The notes: generated by a model not told the origin, from the letters alone. Shown: positions 1 to 7,863, counted from the first letter of the stretch. The stretch is 31,524 bases of DNA from a virus (IMGVR_UViG_3300031788_000074:1-31524), one strand, 5' to 3'. Translations and numbers: made by a program.

Positions 1-477
1 AATCCGACCGTAAGCTCGGAAGGCGCATACGCGGTGGAAATGGCATATCAGAAAGCATTCAGCGATTCCCTCGATCGCGTAGGAGGCACGATCAAGCTCC
101 CTTCGAATCTTCAAGATATGTTCGGCGGCAAGAGCGAAGTGGGCATCGATGAGTTCAATAGCATATATAGCAAAGCGATCAATTCGCGGAACCTCACGAT
201 GATGGCGCAGAAGAATCTCGACACCGGACTCGTCGGCCGCATGTTCGGCATCTTCGCGGGAAGAATGCTGGGCGAGGCCATTATGCCGGGTGTGGTAGGA
301 GAAGTGGCAGGTATGACCGTCGGAGAAATAGCGTCGAAGAAAGCGCTTGGACTCATTCGCAACGTGGGTGAGAAGGTCGCGGCCGGTTCAGGTACGCCGG
401 GCGTGGTGGCGAAGGCGGCGACACAACTCCCAAAGGTCATTCAAGGGAGTACGAATGAAGCGCAGCAGAGCCAATAA
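1..477 (+). CDS. C-terminal part of a large virion/DNA-ejection-type protein (5' truncated)
   Basis: Frame 1 is open from base 1 to TAA at 475-477. The Gly/Ala-rich helical C-terminus is typical of podoviral internal proteins. Function is inferred from position only. Confidence 0.5.
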   Translation, partial: NPTVSSEGAYAVEMAYQKAFSDSLDRVGGTIKLPSNLQDMFGGKSEVGIDEFNSIYSKAINSRNLTMMAQKNLDTGLVGRMFGIFAGRMLGEAIMPGVVGEVAGMTVGEIASKKALGLIRNVGEKVAAGSGTPGVVAKAATQLPKVIQGSTNEAQQSQ

Positions 478-478
478 A

Positions 479-547
479 TCAACGAGTGTCGTAGCTGACG
501 ATGCAGATGCAGACGACAACAAAGATGATAAGAAGGATTGTTCCCAT
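479..547 (-). CDS. 22-aa single-transmembrane peptide MGTILLIIFVVVCICIVSYDTR (not in ORF track)
   Basis: ATG at 547 and TGA at 481-479. It fills the intergenic gap almost exactly, has a long hydrophobic run, and sits 6 nt downstream of TGnTATAAT. Confidence 0.6.
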   Translation of the reverse strand: MGTILLIIFVVVCICIVSYDTR

Positions 548-553
548 AAAAAA

Positions 554-582
554 ATTATACCATAACCAATGAAATACGTCAT
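554..582 (-). promoter_or_regulatory. sigma70-type extended -10 promoter for the leaderless 22-aa peptide
   Basis: Minus strand reads ATGACG-17 nt-TATAAT with TG extension (562-561). The -10 is at 559-554. Confidence 0.6.
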
Positions 583-1933
583 CTTCACATTCTCGGGCGA
601 AGGACTGGCACTCGCTGATCAGCTTCAGCGCGAAGGCCAGGACGTTACGGTCGCGCAGATCAACGACCTCAAGAAGATCTGCCTCAAAGAGGAGCTAAAA
701 GGACTCGACCCCGAACCGCCAGAGAAGAAAAAGGCGCGTCTCTCGATGTTTGATGGCGTGATAAAAAAGCACGATGCAGATCAGGTGATCGCCGCGCTCA
801 AAAAGGTAAAGAAGACCGAGGAGTATTTCATATTCTTCGACTTCAATCACTGCTTCCAGTATGCCGAGCAGATCTCCGGCATGGGGTTCCACGGTAACTT
901 CCCAACGGAAGCAGATCGTCGCTTCGAGACGGACCGGGACGCCGCAAAGGACTTCGTGAAGAAAAACTATACCGGCGTGAAGATCGGCGAAAAGCATGAG
1001 TTCAAGACGATCGACGAGGGCAAGGCGTTCCTCGAGGAAACCGACGAGCTGTGGGTGCTGAAGCCGTTCGATGACAACTCCGACGCAAAGACGAAAGTGC
1101 CGGACGCAACGGATCCCGAGCAGGCATCGAAAGAACTGATCACCGCACTCGACGCGCACAAAGAAGGGTTCGAATCGCAGGGATACGTGATGGAGCTGAT
1201 GATCCCAGACGCGATCGAAATAACGCCGCAGCGCATCTACTACAACGGCAAGCCAATCTATACCTCCTGCGATATCGAGCTGAAGCGCCTCGGGTCGGGC
1301 ATTGGCCCCATGACCGGATGCACGGCGGATCTCGTGTTTCAAATCGCCGACGACTCAAAGCTTGCAAAAGTGGCATTCCCGGAGATCGTGGAAGCGATGG
1401 CAAAAAAGCACAAGGGAATGTTCGTGTGGGATATCTCGATCCTTTGCAATCCGCACAACGGAAAGCTCTACATGGGCGAGTTCTGCCCAAACCGGGTGGG
1501 ATACAATGCCTTCTATACCGAAACGTCCCTCGCATGGGCCGTATCGGACTACTTCGAGGATCTCGTCGCCGGCGTGAACCCGCTTGAGGGCGCGAAGCAA
1601 TTTGCGGCATCGGTGCGCATGTTCCTGATCCGCGAAGGAGGCGTGAAAGAAGATGTGGGCATTACCGTCGACCGGGAGGCGTTGGACGATATCTGGTTCG
1701 TCGACATGAAGAAGGGAGAGAGTGGTATAATGACAGCAGGATATATCTGGGACGTCTGCATTGCGACCGGCCAAGGTGACACGATCGAGAAAGCGGCCGA
1801 GAACGCCTATCATCACTCGGAGGCGGTGCAGTTCGACAATAAATATCAACGTCAGATGTTCGACTTCCTGTCGGAAGAACCGGACTCACTCGTAAAACGA
1901 TACGATTATGGCAAAGAAGCGAAACTCTATTAA
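569..1933 (+). CDS. PurD (phosphoribosylamine-glycine ligase)-like ATP-grasp ligase
   Basis: 454 aa. FETDRDAAKDF, WVLKP, GIGPMTG (compare PurD GPNTGG), EFCPNRVGY (compare EFNxRFG), and a C-terminal ATGQGDTIEKAAENAY...QRQ segment like the GARS C-domain. Divergent from true PurD. Confidence 0.75.
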   Translation: MKYVIFTFSGEGLALADQLQREGQDVTVAQINDLKKICLKEELKGLDPEPPEKKKARLSMFDGVIKKHDADQVIAALKKVKKTEEYFIFFDFNHCFQYAEQISGMGFHGNFPTEADRRFETDRDAAKDFVKKNYTGVKIGEKHEFKTIDEGKAFLEETDELWVLKPFDDNSDAKTKVPDATDPEQASKELITALDAHKEGFESQGYVMELMIPDAIEITPQRIYYNGKPIYTSCDIELKRLGSGIGPMTGCTADLVFQIADDSKLAKVAFPEIVEAMAKKHKGMFVWDISILCNPHNGKLYMGEFCPNRVGYNAFYTETSLAWAVSDYFEDLVAGVNPLEGAKQFAASVRMFLIREGGVKEDVGITVDREALDDIWFVDMKKGESGIMTAGYIWDVCIATGQGDTIEKAAENAYHHSEAVQFDNKYQRQMFDFLSEEPDSLVKRYDYGKEAKLY

Positions 1934-2355
1934 CGACGATGCGGGCAGTAACCCTTCATTCCCAACGCATGATTACAATTAGCACACAGCAATCGATATT
2001 TTTCAGGATAGGCTTCATTCTTGGCGATTTGATAGATAGATGTACCAGTGGATTTTCTATGTTTGTTGCCGCCACCGGCGACGTGATCAACTTCCAAAAA
2101 CTCATCAGTCGTTTCGCCGCAGCAAGCACATTTGCCTCCGTAAGCATTCAAACATTCTTTTCTCAATTTAAGTCGGTATTTCTTTTGTACAGCGCGATGT
2201 TTTTCGGATCCCCACGTCGCAACGCGGTTTTTGTCATAAGCATCTCTGCATTTTTTACAGTCGTTAATATAGCCATCCTTCATAGTGGAGTTCTTATAAA
2301 AATCACTTAATGGCTTGACCTTGCCACAGGTCCTACAACATTTATGAACATTCAT
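1930..2355 (-). CDS. HNH homing endonuclease with N-terminal Cys4 zinc finger
   Basis: CRTCGKVKPLSDFY...CKKC, then CACCGE...LEVDHVAGGG...LLCANCNH. AT-rich and antisense to its neighbours. Likely start is ATG 2355, 6 nt after TATAGT. Confidence 0.85.
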   Translation of the reverse strand: MNVHKCCRTCGKVKPLSDFYKNSTMKDGYINDCKKCRDAYDKNRVATWGSEKHRAVQKKYRLKLRKECLNAYGGKCACCGETTDEFLEVDHVAGGGNKHRKSTGTSIYQIAKNEAYPEKYRLLCANCNHALGMKGYCPHRR

Positions 2356-2721
2356 ATAAAAACTATACCTCACAATAAGCAAAGATACGATACATGCGGA
2401 GATTGGATTTTTAAGAACGGAAAGCTTGATAAAATTCTAGTGTCGGACATGAAGAATGATGACTACGCATTTCTAATAGGCATCCACGAAGCGGTCGAGG
2501 CGTGGTTGTGCCAAAAGAGAGGCATCACGGAAAGGCAGGTCAACAAGTTCGATATGGATTACGAGAAAAATAGAAAGAAGGGAGATCTCTCGGAGCCGGG
2601 CAACGATCCGATGGCGCCCTATTTCAATGAGCATCAGTTCGCCACGCATATCGAAAAAATGCTTGCGCGAGAGATGGGCATTGACTGGAAGAAATATAGC
2701 GACGTCGTCGACAATTTATAA
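2344..2721 (+). CDS. Small HExxE...H putative metallo-hydrolase
   Basis: 125 aa with QRYDTCGDW, IGIHEAVEAWLC and EPGNDPMAPYFNEHQFAT. Substrate unknown. Confidence 0.55.
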   Translation: MNIHIKTIPHNKQRYDTCGDWIFKNGKLDKILVSDMKNDDYAFLIGIHEAVEAWLCQKRGITERQVNKFDMDYEKNRKKGDLSEPGNDPMAPYFNEHQFATHIEKMLAREMGIDWKKYSDVVDNL

Positions 2722-2739
2722 ATTAAAACAAAAAACACC

Positions 2740-3636
2740 ATGATTGAATTTACAAAGCTAGGCGCAGTCCACGAAGAAGATCCTCAAGGCTTCAAACTTG
2801 GACAGATCCAGGTACCGGTCGCGGGAATCCCAGATCAATACCTCTGCAACGACGATGGGCCACTCGTGACCGATCTCCCGATCCTTATGCAAGGCCAGTC
2901 GCCGGAGTGCGGCGGGTTCAGTCTCGCAACCCTGATCAACTTCTTCAAGAAAGCCGGTGCATCGCTCTCGGGGAGCTTCACCTACGCATTCGAAAAGACC
3001 GTGGACGGATTGCCGACCATCCAAGGAACCCTCATCAGCGCCGTTGGTAAAGCTGGAGCGCAGGCAGGATCCTGCCTCGATACGCTATTCCCAGATGACG
3101 GCGCCGGAAACACGTTCGTAGAAAATCCGATATTCTCAACCGCCAGCCCTGAAGCGGTAGCGGATGGAAAGACACGTCTCATGGGTACCCCATTCCTCCT
3201 CGATGACCTCTCAATCGCGGGCATCCAACAGGCGCTCTACCAGAATGGCGCCGTGATCCTCGAAGTTCAGGTGGGCAAGGAATGGTGGACGGCCGCCAAC
3301 GGCGCTACCTCATGGAACGCCGAAGACATTCTCCCGATCCGTCCGCCGGCAACCGTGATCGACTCGCACTTCATCTGCGTCATCCCTTACGACCAGAAAA
3401 ATGATCGCCTCTGGTTCGCTAACACGTGGTCAACCGAATGGGGAAAGAACGGCTGGGGATATCTCCAATCGAACTACGCGCCATTCATCAAAGCCGGCAT
3501 AGCATTCAAGAATATCCCGCCGAGCGTGTTCAAAGCGCTCACCATGGGGCAGATCGAAATCGCGCAGCAGATCCTCTCCGACTTCTCGGCGGTCTTGAAA
3601 GATATCGCCGCAGAAGCAAAGGTCGCAACCCAATAG
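2740..3636 (+). CDS. Papain-like (C1 family) cysteine peptidase, possible lysin
   Basis: QGQSPECGGFS (oxyanion Gln, catalytic Cys), SHFICV (His) and FANTWSTEWGKNGWG (Asn motif). Adjacent to a holin-like gene. Confidence 0.85.
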   Translation: MIEFTKLGAVHEEDPQGFKLGQIQVPVAGIPDQYLCNDDGPLVTDLPILMQGQSPECGGFSLATLINFFKKAGASLSGSFTYAFEKTVDGLPTIQGTLISAVGKAGAQAGSCLDTLFPDDGAGNTFVENPIFSTASPEAVADGKTRLMGTPFLLDDLSIAGIQQALYQNGAVILEVQVGKEWWTAANGATSWNAEDILPIRPPATVIDSHFICVIPYDQKNDRLWFANTWSTEWGKNGWGYLQSNYAPFIKAGIAFKNIPPSVFKALTMGQIEIAQQILSDFSAVLKDIAAEAKVATQ

Positions 3637-3643
3637 CATCATC

Positions 3644-3952
3644 ATGAACATACTCCTTCAAACGTGGGCGGTCATCGGCCCCTATGCCATCACCGGAGCA
3701 GTGGTCAGCTTGATCGTGCAATTTACGAAGAGTTTCTTCGCAAAGAGCGCACACAAGCTCCTTTGGGCGATCGTGATATCCATTCTGGGCGGCGTCGTCC
3801 TCCAGTTTGTGTATCTCATCCCGACGAATTGGTTCGGCACGATCGTGGCGGTTCTCGCTTCGGCGAACACCGTCTATCTCGTCGTCATCCAATGGTTCGA
3901 GAGCGATACCCCGGCGCCAGCGGTAACTGCATCGGTCGCAGCAACGAGTTAA
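3644..3952 (+). CDS. Holin-like membrane protein (3 predicted TM segments)
   Basis: 102 aa with three hydrophobic stretches. Follows the peptidase and precedes a terminator. Confidence 0.65.
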   Translation: MNILLQTWAVIGPYAITGAVVSLIVQFTKSFFAKSAHKLLWAIVISILGGVVLQFVYLIPTNWFGTIVAVLASANTVYLVVIQWFESDTPAPAVTASVAATS

Positions 3953-3956
3953 AGAC

Positions 3957-3986
3957 AAGCGCCCCATTTTCGTGGGGCGTTTTCTT
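3957..3986 (+). terminator. Intrinsic terminator ending the late/lysis operon
   Basis: Stem aagcgcccca/tggggcgttt with a short TTTTCG loop, followed by a T-rich tail. Confidence 0.8.
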
Positions 3987-4016
3987 CAGCTCATTGAGAA
4001 CTGAAAAGGAGAAACC

Positions 4017-4220
4017 ATGTGTCCGCAAAAGGTCTGTCCGAAGTGCTGCCTACGCATTCCCGCTCACGCAACGGAATGCACGACCAACGGCTGTCATCAT
4101 ATCTTCGACGACTCCCAACCGAGCGTCGCGCCCATCGGCCGTACCTACCCCGCCGGGATCAATCCCGACCTCGACGGCGCGAATGAGGACCGGATCCTCC
4201 GGCACTACTATCTCAACTGA
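4017..4220 (+). CDS. Small Cys-rich zinc-ribbon protein
   Basis: CPKC...CTTNGCHH. Canonical SD AAGGAG (4006-4011) lies 5 nt before the ATG. Confidence 0.6.
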   Translation: MCPQKVCPKCCLRIPAHATECTTNGCHHIFDDSQPSVAPIGRTYPAGINPDLDGANEDRILRHYYLN

Positions 4221-4223
4221 AAG

Positions 4224-4236
4224 GGAGGTGATCCAA
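4224..4236 (+). other. 13-nt complement of the 16S rRNA 3' end (GGAGGTGATCCAA)
   Basis: Reverse complement of the 16S tail TTGGATCACCTCC. 4223-4230 can pair with cgcctccc at 4256-4263. Confidence 0.6.
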
Positions 4237-4452
4237 ATCTAAGGGAGTCCCAAAACGCCTCCCACAAGGGGACATTCGCGCCAAACAGCCGGATGTCCCT
4301 TTTTCTATCAAAAAACGAAATAAGCCGTTCATAAGGGGCAAAAGTGGCATAATAAAACGCCCCTTGAAGCTCAATAAATGGGCTGGGGCGTACCTGGGTA
4401 CTGAATAGAACGTATAGCGACACAAAAAGAAACGCGCGGCAAGGGGTAAAGG

Positions 4453-4498
4453 TTATGCACAGTTAGCCGTTGACGGCTAAAAGAAATTGGAGCATACT
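4453..4498 (+). promoter_or_regulatory. Early promoter with DnaA box and palindromic operator
   Basis: TTATGCACA 4453-4461, then TTGACG 4470-4475, 17 nt, CATACT 4493-4498. A perfect inverted repeat TTAGCCGT-tg-ACGGCTAA (4463-4480) covers the -35. Confidence 0.75.
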
Positions 4499-4608
4499 GA
4501 TCAAGACGAGTGGAGGGGGCGGGAATGATGCCCTTCGGGGAACGCATGAAACCCCAGAGTCCCCCACCCCGTCCAAACTAAAGGTCGGAAAGCGAAACGT
4601 AACGCACA

Positions 4609-4764
4609 ATGAAAAAAAAGAAGAACGCCCTCGCTGGAGGGAAAGCACTATACAAAAAACGCGGAAGAAGCTGGATGCAAACGCTCGGGAGAAGGAGTGC
4701 GGCAAAGCGAAAAAAAGCGCTAAAGATGCTCGAAGCATCGGAGAAAAATAAAAAGAAGAAATAA
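4609..4764 (+). CDS. 51-aa basic protein with KGG-repeat-like motif (not in ORF track)
   Basis: MKKKKNALAGGKALYKKRGRSWMQTLGRRSAAKRKK... Its stop overlaps the next start (TAATG). Confidence 0.7.
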   Translation: MKKKKNALAGGKALYKKRGRSWMQTLGRRSAAKRKKALKMLEASEKNKKKK

Positions 4765-5390
4765 TGGAAACCGCTATAACAATAAAATCAGTAGAACAGA
4801 TCGAGAAGGACAAGGAAGTGAAGACCTTGGTCCAGGGAGCGACGGCGATGATGGCGGCGATCAGCGATCATGAAGTGAAGGATATGGAGTCGAGCAATGA
4901 AGCGAACAAGATGCTCCTCGACGCCCAGCAGATCCTGAAGACCATCGACGCTCGGAGAAAGTTCTTCGTGGATCCATACAAAGCGGTGGCGAAGGGGATC
5001 GACGCGATCTTCAACCGCACATACGATCCGCTCGATGTCGCAGTACGCTCACTGCGCACGAAGATGGGAGACTACGCGATGAAGGTGGAGCGCGAGGCTC
5101 GGGAAAAGGAAGCGGCCATCCTCAAGAAAGAGGCCGAAGGAAGGATCAAGCCGGAGACGGCAGTGAAGCAGATGGCGAAGGTAGAGACGATCGCACCGAT
5201 CGCACGAAGCGAAGCCGGATCGATCAGCTACCGCACCGACCAGAAGCTCCGTATCGTGGACGCAACGAAGATCCCGCACGAATACATGGTGCCGAACGAA
5301 GCCATGATCTTCGCAGCACTGAAGGGAGGGCAAAAGGTCGCCGGCGCCGAACTCTACGAAGTGAAAACCCCAGTGGGTCGCAAATACTAA
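4764..5390 (+). CDS. Siphovirus Gp157/Gam-like coiled-coil protein
   Basis: Long helical region and C-terminal IVDATKIPHEYMVPNEAMIFAALKGGQKVAGAEL signature. Confidence 0.7.
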   Translation: METAITIKSVEQIEKDKEVKTLVQGATAMMAAISDHEVKDMESSNEANKMLLDAQQILKTIDARRKFFVDPYKAVAKGIDAIFNRTYDPLDVAVRSLRTKMGDYAMKVEREAREKEAAILKKEAEGRIKPETAVKQMAKVETIAPIARSEAGSISYRTDQKLRIVDATKIPHEYMVPNEAMIFAALKGGQKVAGAELYEVKTPVGRKY

Positions 5391-5391
5391 G

Positions 5392-5619
5392 ATGATCATC
5401 GAAGAAAAAGACTTCAAATACATGTCATCGGCCGCTGGCGAAGAAGACCTCTGTGGATTCATCATCGAAACGCTCGGCGACGCATGCGAGATGGCGAAGA
5501 AGAACTACAACGCCGATCCCGGCAAGATGAGCGACAAAGCCAAGCAGGCATTCTACTGGAGAGCGAAGATGCTTGAGCATGCGATGCTATACGTCGAAGA
5601 CTGGAAAAATTCAATATAA
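5392..5619 (+). CDS. Hypothetical protein
   Basis: 75 aa, tightly packed in the operon, phage-like codon usage. Confidence 0.7.
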   Translation: MIIEEKDFKYMSSAAGEEDLCGFIIETLGDACEMAKKNYNADPGKMSDKAKQAFYWRAKMLEHAMLYVEDWKNSI

Positions 5620-5621
5620 CC

Positions 5622-5843
5622 ATGGACCTCGAACGCAACCCCAGCCAAGACTACTGGACGATCAAGGCCATGACGACATACGGCGGGGGATTCGTGAAAG
5701 CCCTCGGCCACGCGGCCGCGCAAGCCGACGACAACAACCTGCGAAGGATTAAAGCGGCCTTCCCCGAATACTGGAAGCAATACGCCGACATGGGGACGCA
5801 CCTCGAAACTGCGGACGCCGCGAAAAGAATAAAGCAATCATGA
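5622..5843 (+). CDS. Phage hypothetical protein (YGGGFVKAL...ADxxN...AFPEYW type)
   Basis: 73 aa with an ATGA overlap to the next gene. Confidence 0.7.
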   Translation: MDLERNPSQDYWTIKAMTTYGGGFVKALGHAAAQADDNNLRRIKAAFPEYWKQYADMGTHLETADAAKRIKQS

Positions 5844-6358
5844 AGAAATATAAATTGACAGAGGAAACGAAGATCAGCGAATGGTCTGGTAGAAAGGTGA
5901 CGCGCATTGAGGCAATCATCGACTTCGGACTGGTCAAGGCGGGTACGAAAGGTGGTTTCGTCGAAGACGAACGAAACCTCAATGTTGAAAAAGAAGCCGG
6001 CAACGCTTGGGTGTACGGCGACGCTGAGGTGTCCGGCAACGCTTGGGTGTCCGGCAACGCTCGGGTGTACGGCGACGCTTGGGTGTCCGGCGACGCTCGG
6101 GTGTACGGCAACGCTCGGGTGTACGGCGACGCTTGGGTGTCCGGCGACGCTCGGGTGTACGGCGACGCTTGGGTGTACGGCGACGCTTGGGTGTCCGGCG
6201 ACGCTCGGGTGTACGGCGACGCTTGGGTGTCCGGCGACGCTCGGGTGTACGGGAAAATAAAATGCGAGACCGGCTACTACTTTGCCTTCAAATCGAAGGA
6301 ATGGAAAGTGACCGAGATCGAGCTTGAGGACGGCGATAAGGTCCTCTACCACGAATAA
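5840..6358 (+). CDS. Hexapeptide-repeat (G[DN]A[WR]V[YS]) beta-helix protein
   Basis: KKYKLT...RIEAIIDFG...GGFVE N-terminus followed by 14 hexapeptide repeats. Confidence 0.85.
   Translation: MKKYKLTEETKISEWSGRKVTRIEAIIDFGLVKAGTKGGFVEDERNLNVEKEAGNAWVYGDAEVSGNAWVSGNARVYGDAWVSGDARVYGNARVYGDAWVSGDARVYGDAWVYGDAWVSGDARVYGDAWVSGDARVYGKIKCETGYYFAFKSKEWKVTEIELEDGDKVLYHE
5999..6250 (+). repeat. 14 x 18-bp tandem repeat GGC[A/G]ACGCT[T/C]GGGTGT[A/C]C
   Basis: Read directly from the sequence. One unit has GAG at the fourth codon. Confidence 0.95.
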
Positions 6359-6359
6359 C

Positions 6360-7163
6360 ATGAGAAAAAAAATAACCAAGAAGGATACCTCGCTTGCCAT
6401 CGCCTCCGAGAACAAGGATATGACGCCAATGGCTCTCATGGCGCTCGCGGTGGCGAAAGGAGATACCTCGATCGAGATCATGAAGGGCATTATGGATCTT
6501 CAAGACCGGCATGAAGCGAAGATGGCAAAGAAAGCATTCGACGAAGCCATGGCACGATTCCAAGCACTCTGCCCGACCATCAAGAAAGACAAGGCGGTGC
6601 TGAACAAGCCGGAGAAAGGCGGCGGACTACGCTATAAATTCGCACCTCTCGACAGCATCGTGGGGCAAGTGAAGAAGATCCTGCAAGAGTGCGGGTTCAG
6701 CTACACGATCACGGCGAAGATGGAAGGAAATCAGATCACGGCGATCTGCAAAGTGACACATCAGCTCGGCCACAGCGAATCATCAAGCTTCCAAGTCCCG
6801 ACGGATCCGGACGCATACATGAACGTGCAGCAGAGAGTGGGCGCCGCGCTCACCTTCGCAAAGCGATATGCCTTCTGTAACGCCTTCGGCATTATGACCG
6901 GCGACGAAGACAATGATGCGAACCAGGCGCCTCCGACGATCGGAAAAGGAGCGACAGCCACTGCGCCGGCGAAAGGGCAGGAACCGGAGAATAAGATGGA
7001 CGCTACCCGGATGAAATACATCGGGACGCTCGCCGCGAAGAAGGACGTGAAGGGACTCGAACAGCTCCGCGAGCAGATCAGTGAGAACGTCGACCTCACG
7101 AATCAGGAAAAAATGAAGTACATGGGCCTGATCAATGACCACCTCAAGAGCCTCAAAAAATAA
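6360..7163 (+). CDS. erf: ERF-family single-strand annealing protein
   Basis: YKFAPLDSIV and QQRVGAALTFAKRYAFCNAFGIMTGDEDND. Likely start is ATG 6360. Confidence 0.9.
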   Translation: MRKKITKKDTSLAIASENKDMTPMALMALAVAKGDTSIEIMKGIMDLQDRHEAKMAKKAFDEAMARFQALCPTIKKDKAVLNKPEKGGGLRYKFAPLDSIVGQVKKILQECGFSYTITAKMEGNQITAICKVTHQLGHSESSSFQVPTDPDAYMNVQQRVGAALTFAKRYAFCNAFGIMTGDEDNDANQAPPTIGKGATATAPAKGQEPENKMDATRMKYIGTLAAKKDVKGLEQLREQISENVDLTNQEKMKYMGLINDHLKSLKK

Positions 7164-7863
7164 GCTCTGGTGGCCCCGGCCGTACATCAGCTGGAGCGCA
7201 TTCGAGAAGTGGACCGGCAGTCCGAATGAGTTCGTGAAGCACTACTGCCCGCCTCAATGCCGATCGTGCGGAGAGATCCTCTGGCGGCCGGACTGGGAAA
7301 GCGGGAAGTGCCACACCTGCGGCCAGCCGGTGATCAGCGAATGGACGAACCCCCCGATGCAGATCGGACTCCGGGTGGCGGACATGCTTGAATCGGACGA
7401 TCCGCAGGAAGACGAAATGCTCGAACACTACCGCACCTTGCTACCAAAATATCCGCATAGAGAGTTCGCCATCAACGAGGAGTTCGCGGGCATCCGGTTC
7501 GCCGGCAAGCTCGACGGATGGAACCCCGGCACGATGACGATCGGCGAATACAAGACCGGAAAGGATTGGAGCCAGCGCCGGGCGGACGAACACCGCCAGC
7601 TCGACTTCTACCAGCTCCTGATCTTCCTGCTCTACGGAAAGCTCGCCGAACGCATCAGGCTTCACTGGATGCCGACTCGATTCAACTTCGGGACGATGCT
7701 GCCCGAGCTGACCGGCGCCATAGAGACATTCGAGACCATGAGGACGAAGGCTGACGCGCTTAAAATGGCCTCCGATGCCATAAAGGCATACCAAGAGATC
7801 GGTGAGCGATGCGGAAGCCTACCTATGCCCAGCGGATACACAGGGCTATCCCCAGAAAAATAA
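7135..7863 (+). CDS. PD-(D/E)XK exonuclease with zinc-ribbon insertion
   Basis: YISWS, CRSC...CHTC, GKLDG...GEYKTG and QLDFY. Paired with ERF. Confidence 0.8.
   Translation: MTTSRASKNKLWWPRPYISWSAFEKWTGSPNEFVKHYCPPQCRSCGEILWRPDWESGKCHTCGQPVISEWTNPPMQIGLRVADMLESDDPQEDEMLEHYRTLLPKYPHREFAINEEFAGIRFAGKLDGWNPGTMTIGEYKTGKDWSQRRADEHRQLDFYQLLIFLLYGKLAERIRLHWMPTRFNFGTMLPELTGAIETFETMRTKADALKMASDAIKAYQEIGERCGSLPMPSGYTGLSPEK

Noticed and set aside
569-1933. Bona fide purD auxiliary metabolic gene
   Set aside because: The N-terminal GxGGREH motif is absent and the substrate-loop motifs are altered. Called PurD-like only.
4221-4240. 16S rRNA gene fragment
   Set aside because: Only 13 nt match the 16S tail and the flanks are not rRNA-like. 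Kept as a regulatory finding instead.
3664-4242. 192-aa ORF spanning the holin, terminator and zinc-ribbon gene
   Set aside because: It crosses an intrinsic terminator and has shadow-frame composition.
4520-4556. Hammerhead ribozyme or C/D-box K-turn (aTGATG...GAAA)
   Set aside because: It lacks the CUGANGA core and the required stem arrangement.
4470-4751. 93-aa TTG-start ORF
   Set aside because: It starts within the -35 box. The coupled 4609-4764 ORF in another frame is the better gene.
5999-6250. CRISPR array or DGR template/variable repeat
   Set aside because: The units are contiguous with no unique spacers, are in frame within a hexapeptide-repeat gene, and no cas or reverse transcriptase gene is present.
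5651-6490. Long alternative-frame and antisense ORFs over the repeat (HPSVA, ATLGC and RRRLG repeats)
   Set aside because: They are stop-free only because of the 18-bp periodicity.
7135-7863. Cas4 / CRISPR adaptation gene
   Set aside because: The four Cys form a local zinc ribbon, not the split Fe-S arrangement of Cas4. The context is an ERF/exonuclease recombination pair.
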